In this document: positions 48,801 through 59,430 of the stretch, in pieces
Layout: each line of letters opens with the position of its first letter
How positions within the stretch are numbered: position 1 is the stretch's first letter
Source of the DNA: an uncultured Chloroflexia bacterium
GTDB taxonomy: Bacteria; Chloroflexota; Limnocylindria; Limnocylindrales; CSP1-4
Assembly: GCA_963713075.1 (NCBI GenBank)
Contig: CAVQKO010000013.1
Location: 81,487-145,486 of the forward strand
Direction: 5' to 3'
DNA: 64,000 nt
Made by a program: the position numbers and the translations under genes
Notes under the pieces: generated by a model
What the model was told of the DNA's origin: nothing
Seen by the model: the letters and a program-made list of their open reading frames with translations, nothing else
Database searches by the model: none

Positions 48801-49645
48801 GCGGCCCTGCCGAGGCCGGGCGGTCCCCGCTCCGCGTGGAGCGGAGCGGGCCCGGGTGCGTGATCGCGCGGATCGTGCTGGCCCGGCCCGAGCGGCGCAA
48901 CGCCCTCGACGCCAGCACGATCGCGGCCCTCGGCGAGGTGTTCCGGACGCTGCGCGACGAGCCCGCGGCCGACCTCCGGGCGATCGTGCTGGCCGGCGAG
49001 GGGCGTGCCTTCTGCGCTGGCGCGGACATCGCCTGGATGCGGGCGGCGATGGAGCTCTCGCCGGCCGAGAACGTGGAGGACGCGCTGGGGCTCGCCGACA
49101 CGCTCGCCGCGATCGACGCCTGCCCGGTGCCGGTCATCGTCCGGGCGCAGGGCGCGGCGCTGGGCGGCGGCGCCGGCCTGTGCGCGGTGGCCGACGTGGT
49201 CGTGGCCGAGGCAGCCCTGCGCCTGGGGTTCCCGGAGGTCCGGCTCGGGCTGGTCGGCGCCACCATCGCGCCGTTCGTGGTCCGCCGGATCGGCGAGGGT
49301 GCCACGCGCGCCCTGTTCGCGACCGGCGAGCGGATCGACGCGACCGAGGGGCGGCGGATCGGGCTGGTGCACCGCATCGCCGAGGGCGAGGCCGCGCTCG
49401 ACGCGGTGGTGGACGACGTCGTGGCGGACGTCCTTGCGGGAGGCCCGGAGGCGGTCCGGGCGGCCAAGGCGCTCACGCGCGAGGTTGCCTCGGCCATGCG
49501 GGCAGGGACGAGTCCCGCGAAGCTGGCACCGTGGACGGCGCGGCAGCTCGCGGAGCGCCGGGCCTCGGCCGAGGCTGCGGAGGGCCTCGCCGCGTTCGAG
49601 CAGCGCCGCCGGCCGTCGTGGGCGCCCTCCGGGGACGGGTCGTGA
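48797..49645 (+). CDS. enoyl-CoA hydratase (methylglutaconyl-CoA hydratase-like)
   Basis: GTGA overlap with the upstream gene. An alternative GTG lies at 48836. '[16 protein letters not shown]', 'RAFCAGADI' and '[16 protein letters not shown]'. Confidence 0.8.
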   Translation: MSGPAEAGRSPLRVERSGPGCVIARIVLARPERRNALDASTIAALGEVFRTLRDEPAADLRAIVLAGEGRAFCAGADIAWMRAAMELSPAENVEDALGLADTLAAIDACPVPVIVRAQGAALGGGAGLCAVADVVVAEAALRLGFPEVRLGLVGATIAPFVVRRIGEGATRALFATGERIDATEGRRIGLVHRIAEGEAALDAVVDDVVADVLAGGPEAVRAAKALTREVASAMRAGTSPAKLAPWTARQLAERRASAEAAEGLAAFEQRRRPSWAPSGDGS

Positions 49646-51567
49646 GGCGGCTGTTCGTCGCCAACCGCGGCGAGATCGCCCGCCGGATCGCCGCGAGCGC
49701 ACTGCGGGGCGGGATCGCACCCGTCGTCCCGCCGCTCGACGGGCCCGATGCCGTGGACCTGCTCGACACTGCGGCCGTGGTGCGAGCGGCCGTGGCAGCG
49801 GGCGCCGACGCCGTGCACCCAGGGTACGGGTTCCTCGCGGAGAGCCCGGACCTGGCGCGAGCGGTCCTCGACGCAGGCCTGGCCTGGGTGGGCCCGTCGC
49901 CGGAGGCGATCGCCGCGCTGGGCGACAAGGCGGGCGCCCGCGCCACCGCGCGGCGGGCGGAGGTGCCCGTGGCGGACGGCGAGGCGCCGGCCGACCAGTC
50001 AGACACCGCGCTTGCGTCCTGTGCCGCCCGGATCGGCTACCCGGTGCTCGCGAAGCCGGTCGCCGGGGGCGGCGGGAAGGGCATCCGGGTGGTGCGCGTG
50101 GCGCCGGAGCTCGCCCCGGCACTCGCCGCCGGCCGCCGGGAGGCCACGCGGGCGTTCGGCGACGCGCGCCTGCTGATCGAGCGCTATGTCGACAACGCGC
50201 GTCATGTCGAGGTCCAGGTGCTCGGGGATCGCCACGGGTCGCTCGTCCACCTCGGCGACCGCGACTGCTCGCTGCAGCGCCGGCACCAGAAGCTCCTCGA
50301 GGAGGCGCCGGCGCCCGGGCTGCCGCGCGAGCTCCGCACGGCGCTGTGGGCCGCGGCGCTTCGTCTCGCTGGCGCCGTGCTCTACACGAGTGCGGGCACC
50401 TGCGAGTTCCTCGTCGGCGGTGACGGCGCCTTCGTGTTCCTCGAGATGAACGCCCGGCTCCAGGTGGAGCACCCGGTGACCGAGCTCGTGCTCGGGCGGG
50501 ACCTCGTTGCCGACCAGCTCGCGATCGCCGACGGCGCCCGGCTCGGTGACATCGGCCTCGACCAGCACGATGTGGAGGAGCGCCTCGCGCACGGAGGCCA
50601 TGCCGTCGAGGTGCGGCTCAACGCGGAGGATCCCGGCCGTGGATTCCTGCCCTCCGCAGGCCGGGTCGTTGCCGTGCGCTGGCCGGAGGGCGCGACCGCG
50701 TTCGGCCCCGCGGGCGAGGCGGGCCTTCGCGTCGACGCCGGGATCGCGGAGGGCGACGAGGTTGGCGGGCGGTTCGACCCGCTCCTCGCGAAGGTGATCA
50801 CCATCGGACCCGACCGGGCGACCGCCCTCGCGCGACTGGGCGACGCGCTGGACCGGACCGAGGTGCTCGGCCTGGCCACCAACCTCGCGTTCCTGCGGCG
50901 GCTCGTCCGGCTGCCGGCCGTCCGGGAGGGGCGGGCCCGGATCGACACGGTGGAGTCCGACCCCGACGTCGTGGCGGCGGCGCGCTCCGGCCTCGACGAG
51001 GTCCCGCTGGACGCCGCCTGGCTCGCGGCGGCTCGGGCACTGACGCCGGACGCCGGCCCGGCGTGGCCGTGGGGCGGGGGCTGGCGGGCCAGCACAGCGG
51101 GCCGACTGCGGCTGGCCGCACCCTGCGGCGAGGGGATGCTCGAGCGCTCGGTGGCCGTGGCGTCCCCGGACCCGTCCGCCCCGGCGCCGCTCGCGGTGCT
51201 CTCGGACGGGCTCGCCCACGTCTCGATCGCTGGCGCCAGCGTGGCGTTCGGGCTGGCACCGCCGCCGGACCTCGAGACGGCGGCCCGCGCCGCCGCCGGC
51301 GTCGCATCGACGCCCGGGGTCGCCGGGCCGGTCGACGCGCGATCGCCGCTGCCGGGCACCGTGCTCGCCGTCCACGTGCGCCCCGGCGACCTGGTCGAGG
51401 CCGGGGCACCGCTGGCCACGATCGAGGCGATGAAGATGGAGCACGTGGTGACGGCGCCCGGGCCGGCGCGAGTCGAGGCGGTCCTCGTCGGCGCGGGCGA
51501 CCCGGTCGACCGCGGCCGCCCGCTGGCGCGGCTCCGCGGCTCGCCCGACACGGCGGGCGGGTCATGA
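49642..51567 (+). CDS. methylcrotonyl-CoA carboxylase alpha subunit (biotin carboxylase plus biotin carrier domain)
   Basis: GTGA overlap. '[12 protein letters not shown]', an ATP-grasp fold, and C-terminal biotinyl-Lys motif 'IEAMKMEH'. Confidence 0.9.
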   Translation: MRRLFVANRGEIARRIAASALRGGIAPVVPPLDGPDAVDLLDTAAVVRAAVAAGADAVHPGYGFLAESPDLARAVLDAGLAWVGPSPEAIAALGDKAGARATARRAEVPVADGEAPADQSDTALASCAARIGYPVLAKPVAGGGGKGIRVVRVAPELAPALAAGRREATRAFGDARLLIERYVDNARHVEVQVLGDRHGSLVHLGDRDCSLQRRHQKLLEEAPAPGLPRELRTALWAAALRLAGAVLYTSAGTCEFLVGGDGAFVFLEMNARLQVEHPVTELVLGRDLVADQLAIADGARLGDIGLDQHDVEERLAHGGHAVEVRLNAEDPGRGFLPSAGRVVAVRWPEGATAFGPAGEAGLRVDAGIAEGDEVGGRFDPLLAKVITIGPDRATALARLGDALDRTEVLGLATNLAFLRRLVRLPAVREGRARIDTVESDPDVVAAARSGLDEVPLDAAWLAAARALTPDAGPAWPWGGGWRASTAGRLRLAAPCGEGMLERSVAVASPDPSAPAPLAVLSDGLAHVSIAGASVAFGLAPPPDLETAARAAAGVASTPGVAGPVDARSPLPGTVLAVHVRPGDLVEAGAPLATIEAMKMEHVVTAPGPARVEAVLVGAGDPVDRGRPLARLRGSPDTAGGS

Positions 51568-52475
51568 CCGGCGACCGCGTCAGGATCTACGAGGTGGGAC
51601 CGCGCGACGGCCTCCAGAACGAGGCGGGCGTGATCCCGACCGAGGACAAGCGCCGGTTCATCGAGGCGCTCGTGGCTGCCGGGCTTCGTGAGGTGGAGGC
51701 GACGAGCTTCGTGCGCCCCGACCGCGTCCCGCAGCTCGCCGACGCCGACCTGCTGCTGCCCTCGCTGCCGCGTCGCGACGGCGTCCGCTACCCGGTGCTC
51801 GTGGCGAACCGCGCTGGTCTCGAGCGGGCGGCGGCCGCGGGGGCGGACGCGGTCGCGGTGTTCACCGCGGCCACCGACGGCTTCGCCCGCCGCAACATCG
51901 GGACGGACGTCCGCGGCTCGCTGGACGCCTTCGCGCCGCTCCTGGCCGAGGCCCGCGCGCGCGGCTGGTGGCGGCGCAGCTACGTGTCCACCGCGTTCGG
52001 CTGCCCGTACGAGGGCCGGGTCGATCCGCGGCGTCCGGTCGAGGTGGCGCTCCGGCTCCTCGAGCTCGGCGCAGACGAGGTCTGCTTCGGCGACACGATC
52101 GGGGTGGGCGTGCCGGCCCAGGTGGCCGAGGTGACGGGCCACGCCCTCGACGCGGGGATCCCGGCCGACCGGATCGCCTACCACTTCCACGACACGCGCG
52201 GGACGGCGATCGCGAACGTCTCGGCCGCCCTCGCGGCCGGCATCCGCACCTTCGACGCCTCGACCGGCGGCACCGGCGGCTGCCCGTATGCGCCGGGCGC
52301 GGCGGGCAACCTCGCCACCGAGGACCTGGTCTACCTGCTCGACGGCGAGGGCTACGAGCACGGCGTCTCGCTCGAGGGCGTGCTCGAGGCGGCGCGACTC
52401 GTGGCCGGCATGCTGGGGCGGCCCGTGACCTCGAAGGTGGGGCAGGCGGGGGGCTGGCCGCCGCCGGGGGCGTAG
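51564..52475 (+). CDS. hydroxymethylglutaryl-CoA lyase
   Basis: ATGA overlap. 'VRIYEVGPRDGLQNE', 'FGDTIGVG' and 'HFHDTRGTAIAN'. Confidence 0.9.
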   Translation: MTGDRVRIYEVGPRDGLQNEAGVIPTEDKRRFIEALVAAGLREVEATSFVRPDRVPQLADADLLLPSLPRRDGVRYPVLVANRAGLERAAAAGADAVAVFTAATDGFARRNIGTDVRGSLDAFAPLLAEARARGWWRRSYVSTAFGCPYEGRVDPRRPVEVALRLLELGADEVCFGDTIGVGVPAQVAEVTGHALDAGIPADRIAYHFHDTRGTAIANVSAALAAGIRTFDASTGGTGGCPYAPGAAGNLATEDLVYLLDGEGYEHGVSLEGVLEAARLVAGMLGRPVTSKVGQAGGWPPPGA

Positions 52476-52581
52476 CTGCCCCGCCGCGGCTGCAGGCGAG
52501 ACGGGCGTCCCGGGCGCGCCACGGGGTCGTCGGTCCCGGCCCCGTGCGCCGACGCCGGTTGTCGTGCGCGCCCTTGGCCCG

Positions 52582-54596
52582 CTACCCGCCCTCGCCAGTG
52601 GTGCTGGCGGTCTCGGCGATCGAGACGACCGCACCCGGGTTCTCGAGGGCGGACAGGTCGCCCGGATCGAGGCCCATCCAGGCGGCCCGGGCCACGCGCC
52701 GCATGATCTTGCCGCTCCGCGTCCTCGGCAGGTCGGCGACCACGACCACCGCCTTGGGCCGCAGCGGCTTGCCCAGCGAGTCGACGATGCGCGCCGCGAT
52801 CTCGGCAGCGAGCTCGATCGGGTCTGCACCGGCGTCGGGCCGCACGACCACGAGCACGACCGGCACCTCCCCCTTGATGGGGTCCGGGGCGCCGATGGCC
52901 GCCGCCTCGACGACGGCGGGATGGCTGACCGCCACCGCCTCGAGCTCGGATGGCCCGACCCGCTTGCCGGCCACCTTGAGCGTGTCGTCGGAGCGGCCGT
53001 GGAGGTACCAGAACCCGTCGCCGTCGCGAAGGGCCCAGTCACCGTGGAGCCACGTGCCGGGGAGGCGTCGCCAGTAGGCGTCGAGGTAGCGCTCGCGGTC
53101 GTCCGGGGTGCCGCCCCAGAAGCCGCGGGTCATGCCCGGCCACGGCCCGCGGATGGCAAGCTCGCCCACCGCGTCCACGACCGGCGACCCGTCGACGCCC
53201 AGCACGTCCGCGGCCATGCCGAGGCACGGCCCGTTGAACGACGAGGGCCGGATCGGGCGGAGCGCCGTCGCGCCCAGGATCCCGCCGCTGACCTCGGTCC
53301 CGCCGGTGTAGTTGACGATCGGCAGCCGGCCGCCGCCGGCCACCCGGAACAGCCACCACCACGGGTCTGGGTTCCAGGGCTCGCCGGTCGACCCGAGCGC
53401 GCGGAGCGATGACCGGTCGGCGCCGAGCACGGGCGCATCGCCATGGACGAGCAGCGCCCGCACCAGCGTCGGGCTGACGCCGAGGTGCGTGACCCGGTGC
53501 CGCTCGACAAGCCGCCACACCCGCCCGGCGTCGGGATGGTCGGGTGCGCCCTCGAACAGCACGAGCCGCGCCCCGAGCAGCAGCGCTCCGCTGATGGCCC
53601 ACGGCCCCATCATCCAGCCGAGGTCGGTGACCCAGCAGAGCGCATCGCCGGCCCGAAGGTCGAACGTGTGGGCGAGGTCCTGGGCAGCCTTGATGGGGAA
53701 ACCGCCGTGGACGTGGACCGTGCCTTTCGGCGCCCCCGTGGTGCCCGACGTGTAGATGACCATGTACGGGGTCTCAGGGTCGACGACGCCATCGGGTCGG
53801 GGGACGGGCGGCACCGCGTCCGCCTGGGCGCGGGTCGGCTCCGACGACCAGCGCGCAACGCGGACCGGATCGCCCAGGGCGCCGGGCAGGCTGCTGTCGG
53901 CTGCCAGTCGATCGACCACGAGCACGCGCCGCAGCGTCGGGGTGTCGGCGACTGCCGCCGCCGCGACGGACGCGAGGTCCACGACGCCGCCGCGCCGCCG
54001 GAACCCGTCCGCGGTCACGAGGTGCGTCGCCTCGAACGCGCGGAGCCTGGCCGCCACCGCGGGCGCCGCGTAGCCGCTGAACAGCGGCGTGAACACCGCC
54101 TGCAGGCGGCCGAGCGCGAGCACCGTCACCACCGTCTCGGGGAGCATCGGCAGCAGGATCCCGACGCGTGTTCCCGGGCCGATCCCGTGCGCCGCGAACC
54201 GGTCAGCCGCGGCCTCGACGGCAGTCGCGAGCTCGCGGCCGGTCAGCACGCGGACGATCCCGTCGTCGCCCTCCCAGTCCACCGCGACTGCGTCGCGCCG
54301 CGCGGCCCCCGACCAGCGGGCGATCACGGCGGCGGCGTGGTCGAAGGCGCCCCCGATCCACCAGCGGGGCAGCTCTGGACCGTCCCGCAGGTCGAGCACC
54401 CGCTCCCACGGGCGCTGCCAGGCGAGCTCGAGGTCCGCCACCGCCTCGCCCCAGAACCGGGCCGGGTCGGCCACCGCGCGCGCCTGCAGTGTCTCCAGGT
54501 CGCCGGCACCGGCCCGCTCGATCAGGCGGGCGGCACGATGCTCTGCCAGGAGCGCCCGGTCCGGGCGCCATGCTGCGTCGGCATCGGGACGCGCGA
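52582..54596 (-). CDS. acetoacetyl-CoA synthetase-like AMP-forming ligase
   Basis: GTG at 54596 is the first in-frame start of track ORF 52582..54903. 'YTSGTTGAPKG', 'YTGGTE' and 'SGKIMRRV' are present. The length and N-terminal domain match acetoacetate-CoA ligases. Confidence 0.8.
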
Positions 54597-54997
54597 AGGC
54601 CTGCACGCTCTCGATCCTACCGCGATGGCGACCCTGCGGCGACCGGCGCGGCTGCCCGGCCGGGCTCGACTCGCCAGCGCGGCCGAGCCTGACACCGCCA
54701 GATGGCCCGACGGATGGGGCGTCGGCTGAGACGGCCGTGGCCCGGGTCCGAGGCCGCGAGTCGGCCGCGTCGCGCTCCACGGAGCCCTGCCCAGACCGCG
54801 TGCGCCAGGAAGCCCTCCAGGGCGATTTGAAGGCAGGCTCTTGACCATCGGCGCAGATTCCGTGAGGATATGCATGGCCCCCGGCGTTGCCGGGTGACAT
54901 CACCCATATCCGGCCTCATCCCTCGGAACTCCTTTCTCTCGCCGCAACGCGGGCATCAGGAACCCGCCCGACGGCCGGAGCAAGGAGTTTTTCGTTC

Positions 54998-55336
54998 ATG
55001 ACCATGGACCGCACCCTGACCTGCGCCGACTGCCGGTCGGAGTTCACCTTCACTGCCAGCGAGCAGGACTTCTTCGCGGAGAAGGGCTTCTCGGAGCCCC
55101 GCCGCTGCCCGTCGTGCCGAGCGGCCAAGAAGGCAGCCCGCGACGGCGGCTCGTCGTCGTACGGCGGCTCTTCGTACGGCGGCTCGTCCTACGGGTCCGG
55201 CCGCTCCTCGTACAGCTCGGGGCCGCGTGAGATGTTCACCGCGACCTGCTCGAGCTGCGGCCGCGAGGCGAGGGTCCCGTTCAACCCCACCAGCGGCAAG
55301 CCCGTCTACTGCTCGGACTGCTTCCGCAGCCGCTAA
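54998..55336 (+). CDS. zinc-ribbon protein with two CxxC...CxxC knuckles and a Gly/Ser/Tyr-repeat linker
   Basis: AAGGAG 11 nt upstream. 'CADC...CPSC' and 'CSSC...CSDC', separated by '[26 protein letters not shown]'. Confidence 0.6.
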   Translation: MTMDRTLTCADCRSEFTFTASEQDFFAEKGFSEPRRCPSCRAAKKAARDGGSSSYGGSSYGGSSYGSGRSSYSSGPREMFTATCSSCGREARVPFNPTSGKPVYCSDCFRSR

Positions 55337-55460
55337 GCCGCAGCACTCGGCATCACGCAGACGGCCCCGGAGGTTCCCCCCGGGGCCGTCTCGATTCCTC
55401 CCTCGCCGCGACATGCACGGTCGCACGGGCCCCCGTTCGGCGGTGCCCCTCGCAGGGTCC

Positions 55461-56927
55461 CTAGTCCTCGAGATACCCGCGGAGCTTCCGGCTGCGCGAG
55501 GGGTGGCGCAGCTTGCGCAGCGCCTTCGCCTCGATCTGGCGGATCCGCTCGCGGGTGACGTTGAACTCCTTCCCCACCTCCTCGAGGGTCCGGGACCGCC
55601 CGTCCTCAAGGCCGAAGCGGAGCTGGAGGACCCGCCGCTCGCGGCCGGTCAGCGAGTCGAGCACCGCCCCCACCTGCTCCTTGAGCAGCTGGCGCGACGC
55701 CGCCTCGGCCGGGGCGAGCGCCCCGGGGTCCTCGATGAAGTCTCCGATGGTCACGTCCGCTTCGTCGCCGACCGGCGTGTCGAGCGAGATCGCCTGCCGT
55801 CCCGCGCGGATGATCTCCCGCACCCTGTCTGGCGTCACGGCCGTGGGCTGGCCGACGGACATCGCATCGGCCATCTCGTCGATCGACGGCTCTCGACCCA
55901 GCTCCTGCGTCAGCTGGCGGGAGATCCGGCCAAGGCGGTGGACGGCCTCCACCATGTGCACCGGGATGCGGATCGTTCGGGCCTGGTCGGCGATGGCGCG
56001 GCTGATGGCCTGCCGGATCCACCACGTGGCGTAGGTGGAGAACTTGAATCCGCGCTCGTAGTCGAACTTCTCCACCGCCCGGATGAGGCCGATGTTGCCC
56101 TCCTGGATGATCGAGAGGAAGCTCATCCCCCGGCCGAAGTACCGCTTGGCGATCGACACGACCAGCCGCAGGTTCGCCACGGTCAGCTGCTCCTTGGCGT
56201 CCCGGCCCACCTGCACCAGCTCCCCGTCGCGATCGTGGAACTTGGTGTCACGCGGGACCGCCGTGTCGTAGCCCATCCGCCTGAGCAGGACGGCGTCATG
56301 GCCGGCATCGATCCAGCGCTCCAGCGCCGGGAACGCCACGGCCTCGCGGGTCCAGTCGTAGACACTCCGCAGACCGGGGTTGTCGCGGGCGTCGATGTCG
56401 CCGCTGTGGACGGCGAGGTAGGCGAAGTCGAGGAGCGCCAGGAAGGCGTCGGGCGAACACGCGCGGTCGTACGAGTCGAGGAGCCTGCGGGCCTCCTCGA
56501 GGAGCGCGATGGTCGCTGCCGACTCCGTGCCCCTCGCGGCCTCGGGGAGGTCGAAGTCGGGCGAGGCGACGAGCAGGTCCCGGCAGGCCCCGTCGCCGAT
56601 GGCGTCGTGCACCATTGCGGCCGCCTCCGGTCCGAATCGAAGGCGGTGCTGCGGCTTTGCGAGCCGTGTGGCCCGCTCGGTGTCGTGAGTCGTCCACTCG
56701 CGGAGCGAGACCATTCCCCGCCACGGCGCCCACGCCACATCCTCGCCGAGCTCGATCGCCTTGGCGAGGACGACCTCCTCCTCGGAGCTGAGCAGGGCGA
56801 TCCTGCCGATCTCACTCATGTACAGGCGGACGGAATCGTCCATCCCGGGCTCCGCGACGGCCGGGACGAGGAGTTCTGTCTCGGCGGGATCCGCGAGCTC
56901 ACCCGCCGTGGGCTCGCGGATGTCCAT
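55461..56927 (-). CDS. RpoD-family (group 1/2) sigma-70 factor
   Basis: Region 1.2 '[29 protein letters not shown]', region 2 '[43 protein letters not shown]' and region 4 '[28 protein letters not shown]'. A non-conserved insert of about 190 aa lies between regions 1.2 and 2. There is no acidic region 1.1. Confidence 0.85.
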   Translation of the reverse strand: MDIREPTAGELADPAETELLVPAVAEPGMDDSVRLYMSEIGRIALLSSEEEVVLAKAIELGEDVAWAPWRGMVSLREWTTHDTERATRLAKPQHRLRFGPEAAAMVHDAIGDGACRDLLVASPDFDLPEAARGTESAATIALLEEARRLLDSYDRACSPDAFLALLDFAYLAVHSGDIDARDNPGLRSVYDWTREAVAFPALERWIDAGHDAVLLRRMGYDTAVPRDTKFHDRDGELVQVGRDAKEQLTVANLRLVVSIAKRYFGRGMSFLSIIQEGNIGLIRAVEKFDYERGFKFSTYATWWIRQAISRAIADQARTIRIPVHMVEAVHRLGRISRQLTQELGREPSIDEMADAMSVGQPTAVTPDRVREIIRAGRQAISLDTPVGDEADVTIGDFIEDPGALAPAEAASRQLLKEQVGAVLDSLTGRERRVLQLRFGLEDGRSRTLEEVGKEFNVTRERIRQIEAKALRKLRHPSRSRKLRGYLED

Positions 56928-57302
56928 GTCGTCGACCGCGGTGGACGCTTCGGCGGTCAGCCCCGCTTCCGGGACAGGCGCGTGTCTGATGATCCCGCAC
57001 CTCGTAGCAGAGGCCGGCCGACAGCCGGGTCACTACTCTACGCCCGATCCGGGCGAACCAGTCCCGGACTTGCCCGGGGATCCGCCCCTCTGGCGCCCAG
57101 GCGACCTCCCCGCATCCGACGAGCGCCACGCGCCCGATCGAGCCCGCCCGGCGGTGTCAGTGACGCCATGCTGTACACTTGCGGTCTTCGCGCTCGACGG
57201 ACGCCCCGGTCTGCGTCCGCGGCCCCGGCCGCTCGACCTCGATCCACTTGCTGCCCTGACCGGGCCCCGCTGCTGCGGGAGGGCCCTCAGGAGCGCCCCT
57301 AC

Positions 57303-58706
57303 ATGCCCTTCGACAGCCTCGGGCTGGAGCCCCACCTTCTGCGCGCCGTGGCGGACGAGGGCTACACCGAGCCCACCCCCGTCCAGCGCGAGGCGATCCC
57401 GCTCGTCCTCGCGGGTCGCGACCTGCTCGCCGCGGCGCAGACGGGTACCGGCAAGACGGCCGCCTTCGTCCTCCCCATGCTCCAGCGCCTCGCCGCGACC
57501 GATCCCGATTCGGGCGTCGCCCACCCGACCCGATCGAGGGTCGTGCGCCCACCCGTCCGGGCCCTCGTGGTGACCCCGACGCGCGAGCTCGCCCTCCAGG
57601 TGGAGGAGAGCTTCCGCACCTACGGCCGGCACCGCCCGGTCCGCTCGGTCGCGATCTACGGCGGGGTCGGCTTCAACCCGCAGGCGAGCGCGCTGCGCAA
57701 GGGCGCGTCCGTCGTGGTGGCCACGCCGGGGCGCCTGCTCGACCATGTGTCCCAGCAGACGATCGACCTCTCGCGCGTCGAGATCCTCGTCCTCGACGAG
57801 GCGGACCGGATGCTCGACATGGGGTTCATCCGCGACATCCGGCGGGTGCTCGCGCTGCTGCCGGCACGTCGTCAGAGCCTGCTGTTCTCGGCCACGTTCT
57901 CCGACGAGATCCGCGACCTCGCCGAGGGCCTGCTCATCGACCCGGCCACGGTGGACGTCTCACCCCGGAACACCGCGCCTGAGCTCGTGGACCAGCTGGT
58001 CATCCCGGTGGACCGCGAGCGCAAGCGCGACCTCCTGGCCCACCTCGTCGGCTCTGGCCGCGTCTCGCAGGCGCTCGTGTTCACGCGCACCAAGCACGGG
58101 GCGAGCCGCCTGGCGGACCAGCTGGGCCGCGACGGGATCGCGGCGGCGGCAATCCACGGCAACAAGAGCCAGGCGCAGCGCATCCGCGCCCTCGACGATT
58201 TCAAGGCAGGGCGGGTCGGCATCCTCGTCGCCACCGACATCGCGGCCCGCGGCATCGACATCGAGGCGCTGCCCCACGTCGTGAACTACGACCTGCCGAT
58301 GGTCGCCTCCGACTACGTCCATCGGATCGGCCGGACTGGCCGGGCCGGCGTGGGCGGCCGCGCGATCTCGCTCGTCTCGGTCGACGAGGCGGAGCTGCTG
58401 CGCGCGATCCAGCGGCTGCTGCGGCGCCCGCTGCCGTCGACCGTCGTCCCCGGCTTCGAGCCCGATCGCTCCGCGGGCGGTGAGCCGCCCCGGACGCGCT
58501 CAGGCGAGCCGAACCGCCGCCCCGGCGACGGGCGCCGCCGGGGCCAAGCCCCCCGGCACGCCGGCCGGCCGGCCGGCACCGACCATCGTGGCGGCACTGT
58601 GCACCAGCCTGTCGCCCTGCCCGGCGAGCGGCTCCGCCGCGCGGGCGGGGCCACCCGGGCCATCGAGCTGAGCGTCGCCAGCGCAAAAGGGAGGTCGAAC
58701 CGATGA
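57303..58706 (+). CDS. DEAD-box ATP-dependent RNA helicase with Arg/Gly-rich C-terminal tail
   Basis: Q-motif 'YTEPTPVQ', 'AQTGTGKT', 'DEAD', 'SAT' and '[10 protein letters not shown]'. Confidence 0.9.
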   Translation: MPFDSLGLEPHLLRAVADEGYTEPTPVQREAIPLVLAGRDLLAAAQTGTGKTAAFVLPMLQRLAATDPDSGVAHPTRSRVVRPPVRALVVTPTRELALQVEESFRTYGRHRPVRSVAIYGGVGFNPQASALRKGASVVVATPGRLLDHVSQQTIDLSRVEILVLDEADRMLDMGFIRDIRRVLALLPARRQSLLFSATFSDEIRDLAEGLLIDPATVDVSPRNTAPELVDQLVIPVDRERKRDLLAHLVGSGRVSQALVFTRTKHGASRLADQLGRDGIAAAAIHGNKSQAQRIRALDDFKAGRVGILVATDIAARGIDIEALPHVVNYDLPMVASDYVHRIGRTGRAGVGGRAISLVSVDEAELLRAIQRLLRRPLPSTVVPGFEPDRSAGGEPPRTRSGEPNRRPGDGRRRGQAPRHAGRPAGTDHRGGTVHQPVALPGERLRRAGGATRAIELSVASAKGRSNR

Positions 58707-58966
58707 CCAAGCACTCCCCCTACGAGCGCGCACAGCGCGCTGCCGAGACGGAGCGGATGAAGCAGATCGAGGCAGCCTGGTACGCGGCGATCCCGGCCGA
58801 CGCAGCCCGGGCGTTCGAGCGTGACGTGGAGGCGGCGCGCGAACGCGGACCGCTGGCCCCGCCGCCGAACCAGGAGCCCGGGACCCTGCCGAACCCGCCG
58901 CATCCGGGCCGCGAGCCCAAGCCGCCCAAGGTCGAGCGCCCGGGCGGCCGCGGGCGACGCTCATGA
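58703..58966 (+). CDS. hypothetical small protein
   Basis: ATGA overlap with the helicase stop. The N-terminal half is a charged helix and the C-terminal half is Pro-rich. Confidence 0.4.
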   Translation: MTKHSPYERAQRAAETERMKQIEAAWYAAIPADAARAFERDVEAARERGPLAPPPNQEPGTLPNPPHPGREPKPPKVERPGGRGRRS

Positions 58967-59277
58967 CGAAGAAGCGACGCCAGTTCCCGCCGCCCCGCAA
59001 GTCCAGGGGTCCGGCACCGGTGTACACCCCGCCGCCCACGCCGCCCACGGTGGCGGTCATCAACCGCCAGGCAGGCGCGGGCCGCCCGGGGATCGAGGTG
59101 GGGATGCGCGTGACCATCCTCGGTGGCGGCCTGTACGCGGGGGAGACGGCCGTCGTGGAATCGGTCGCCGCCGGCGTGATCCCCGCGGCAAGCGTCCGCA
59201 CCGAGGCAGGACGGACGCGTCGCGTCCGGACGGTCGACCTCGCGCCCGCAGCAGGCGGCGAGAGCAGCCGCCCCTAG
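58963..59277 (+). CDS. hypothetical small protein (possible KOW-like segment)
   Basis: ATGA overlap with the previous ORF. 'GMRVTILGGGLYAGETAVVESV' resembles a KOW motif. Confidence 0.4.
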   Translation: MTKKRRQFPPPRKSRGPAPVYTPPPTPPTVAVINRQAGAGRPGIEVGMRVTILGGGLYAGETAVVESVAAGVIPAASVRTEAGRTRRVRTVDLAPAAGGESSRP

Positions 59278-59430
59278 GCCCTGGTCCGGGGAACGACGGC
59301 CTGGGCCCGTATCCTTGCGCGTGACCGAACGCGCTCGCAGGGTCGCGAGGTCATTGACAACGTTGAATCGCCACGAGCACGGAGGCGCCGAGGACCGGCG
59401 CGCCGGGCATATCCGACGACCGTCGCCCCG

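Noticed and set aside
55227-58706. 1159-aa plus-strand ORF spanning the sigma factor and DEAD-box region
   Set aside because: Only the last 467 codons (57303-58706) show helicase motifs. The upstream 690 codons are antisense to the sigma-70 gene and low-complexity.
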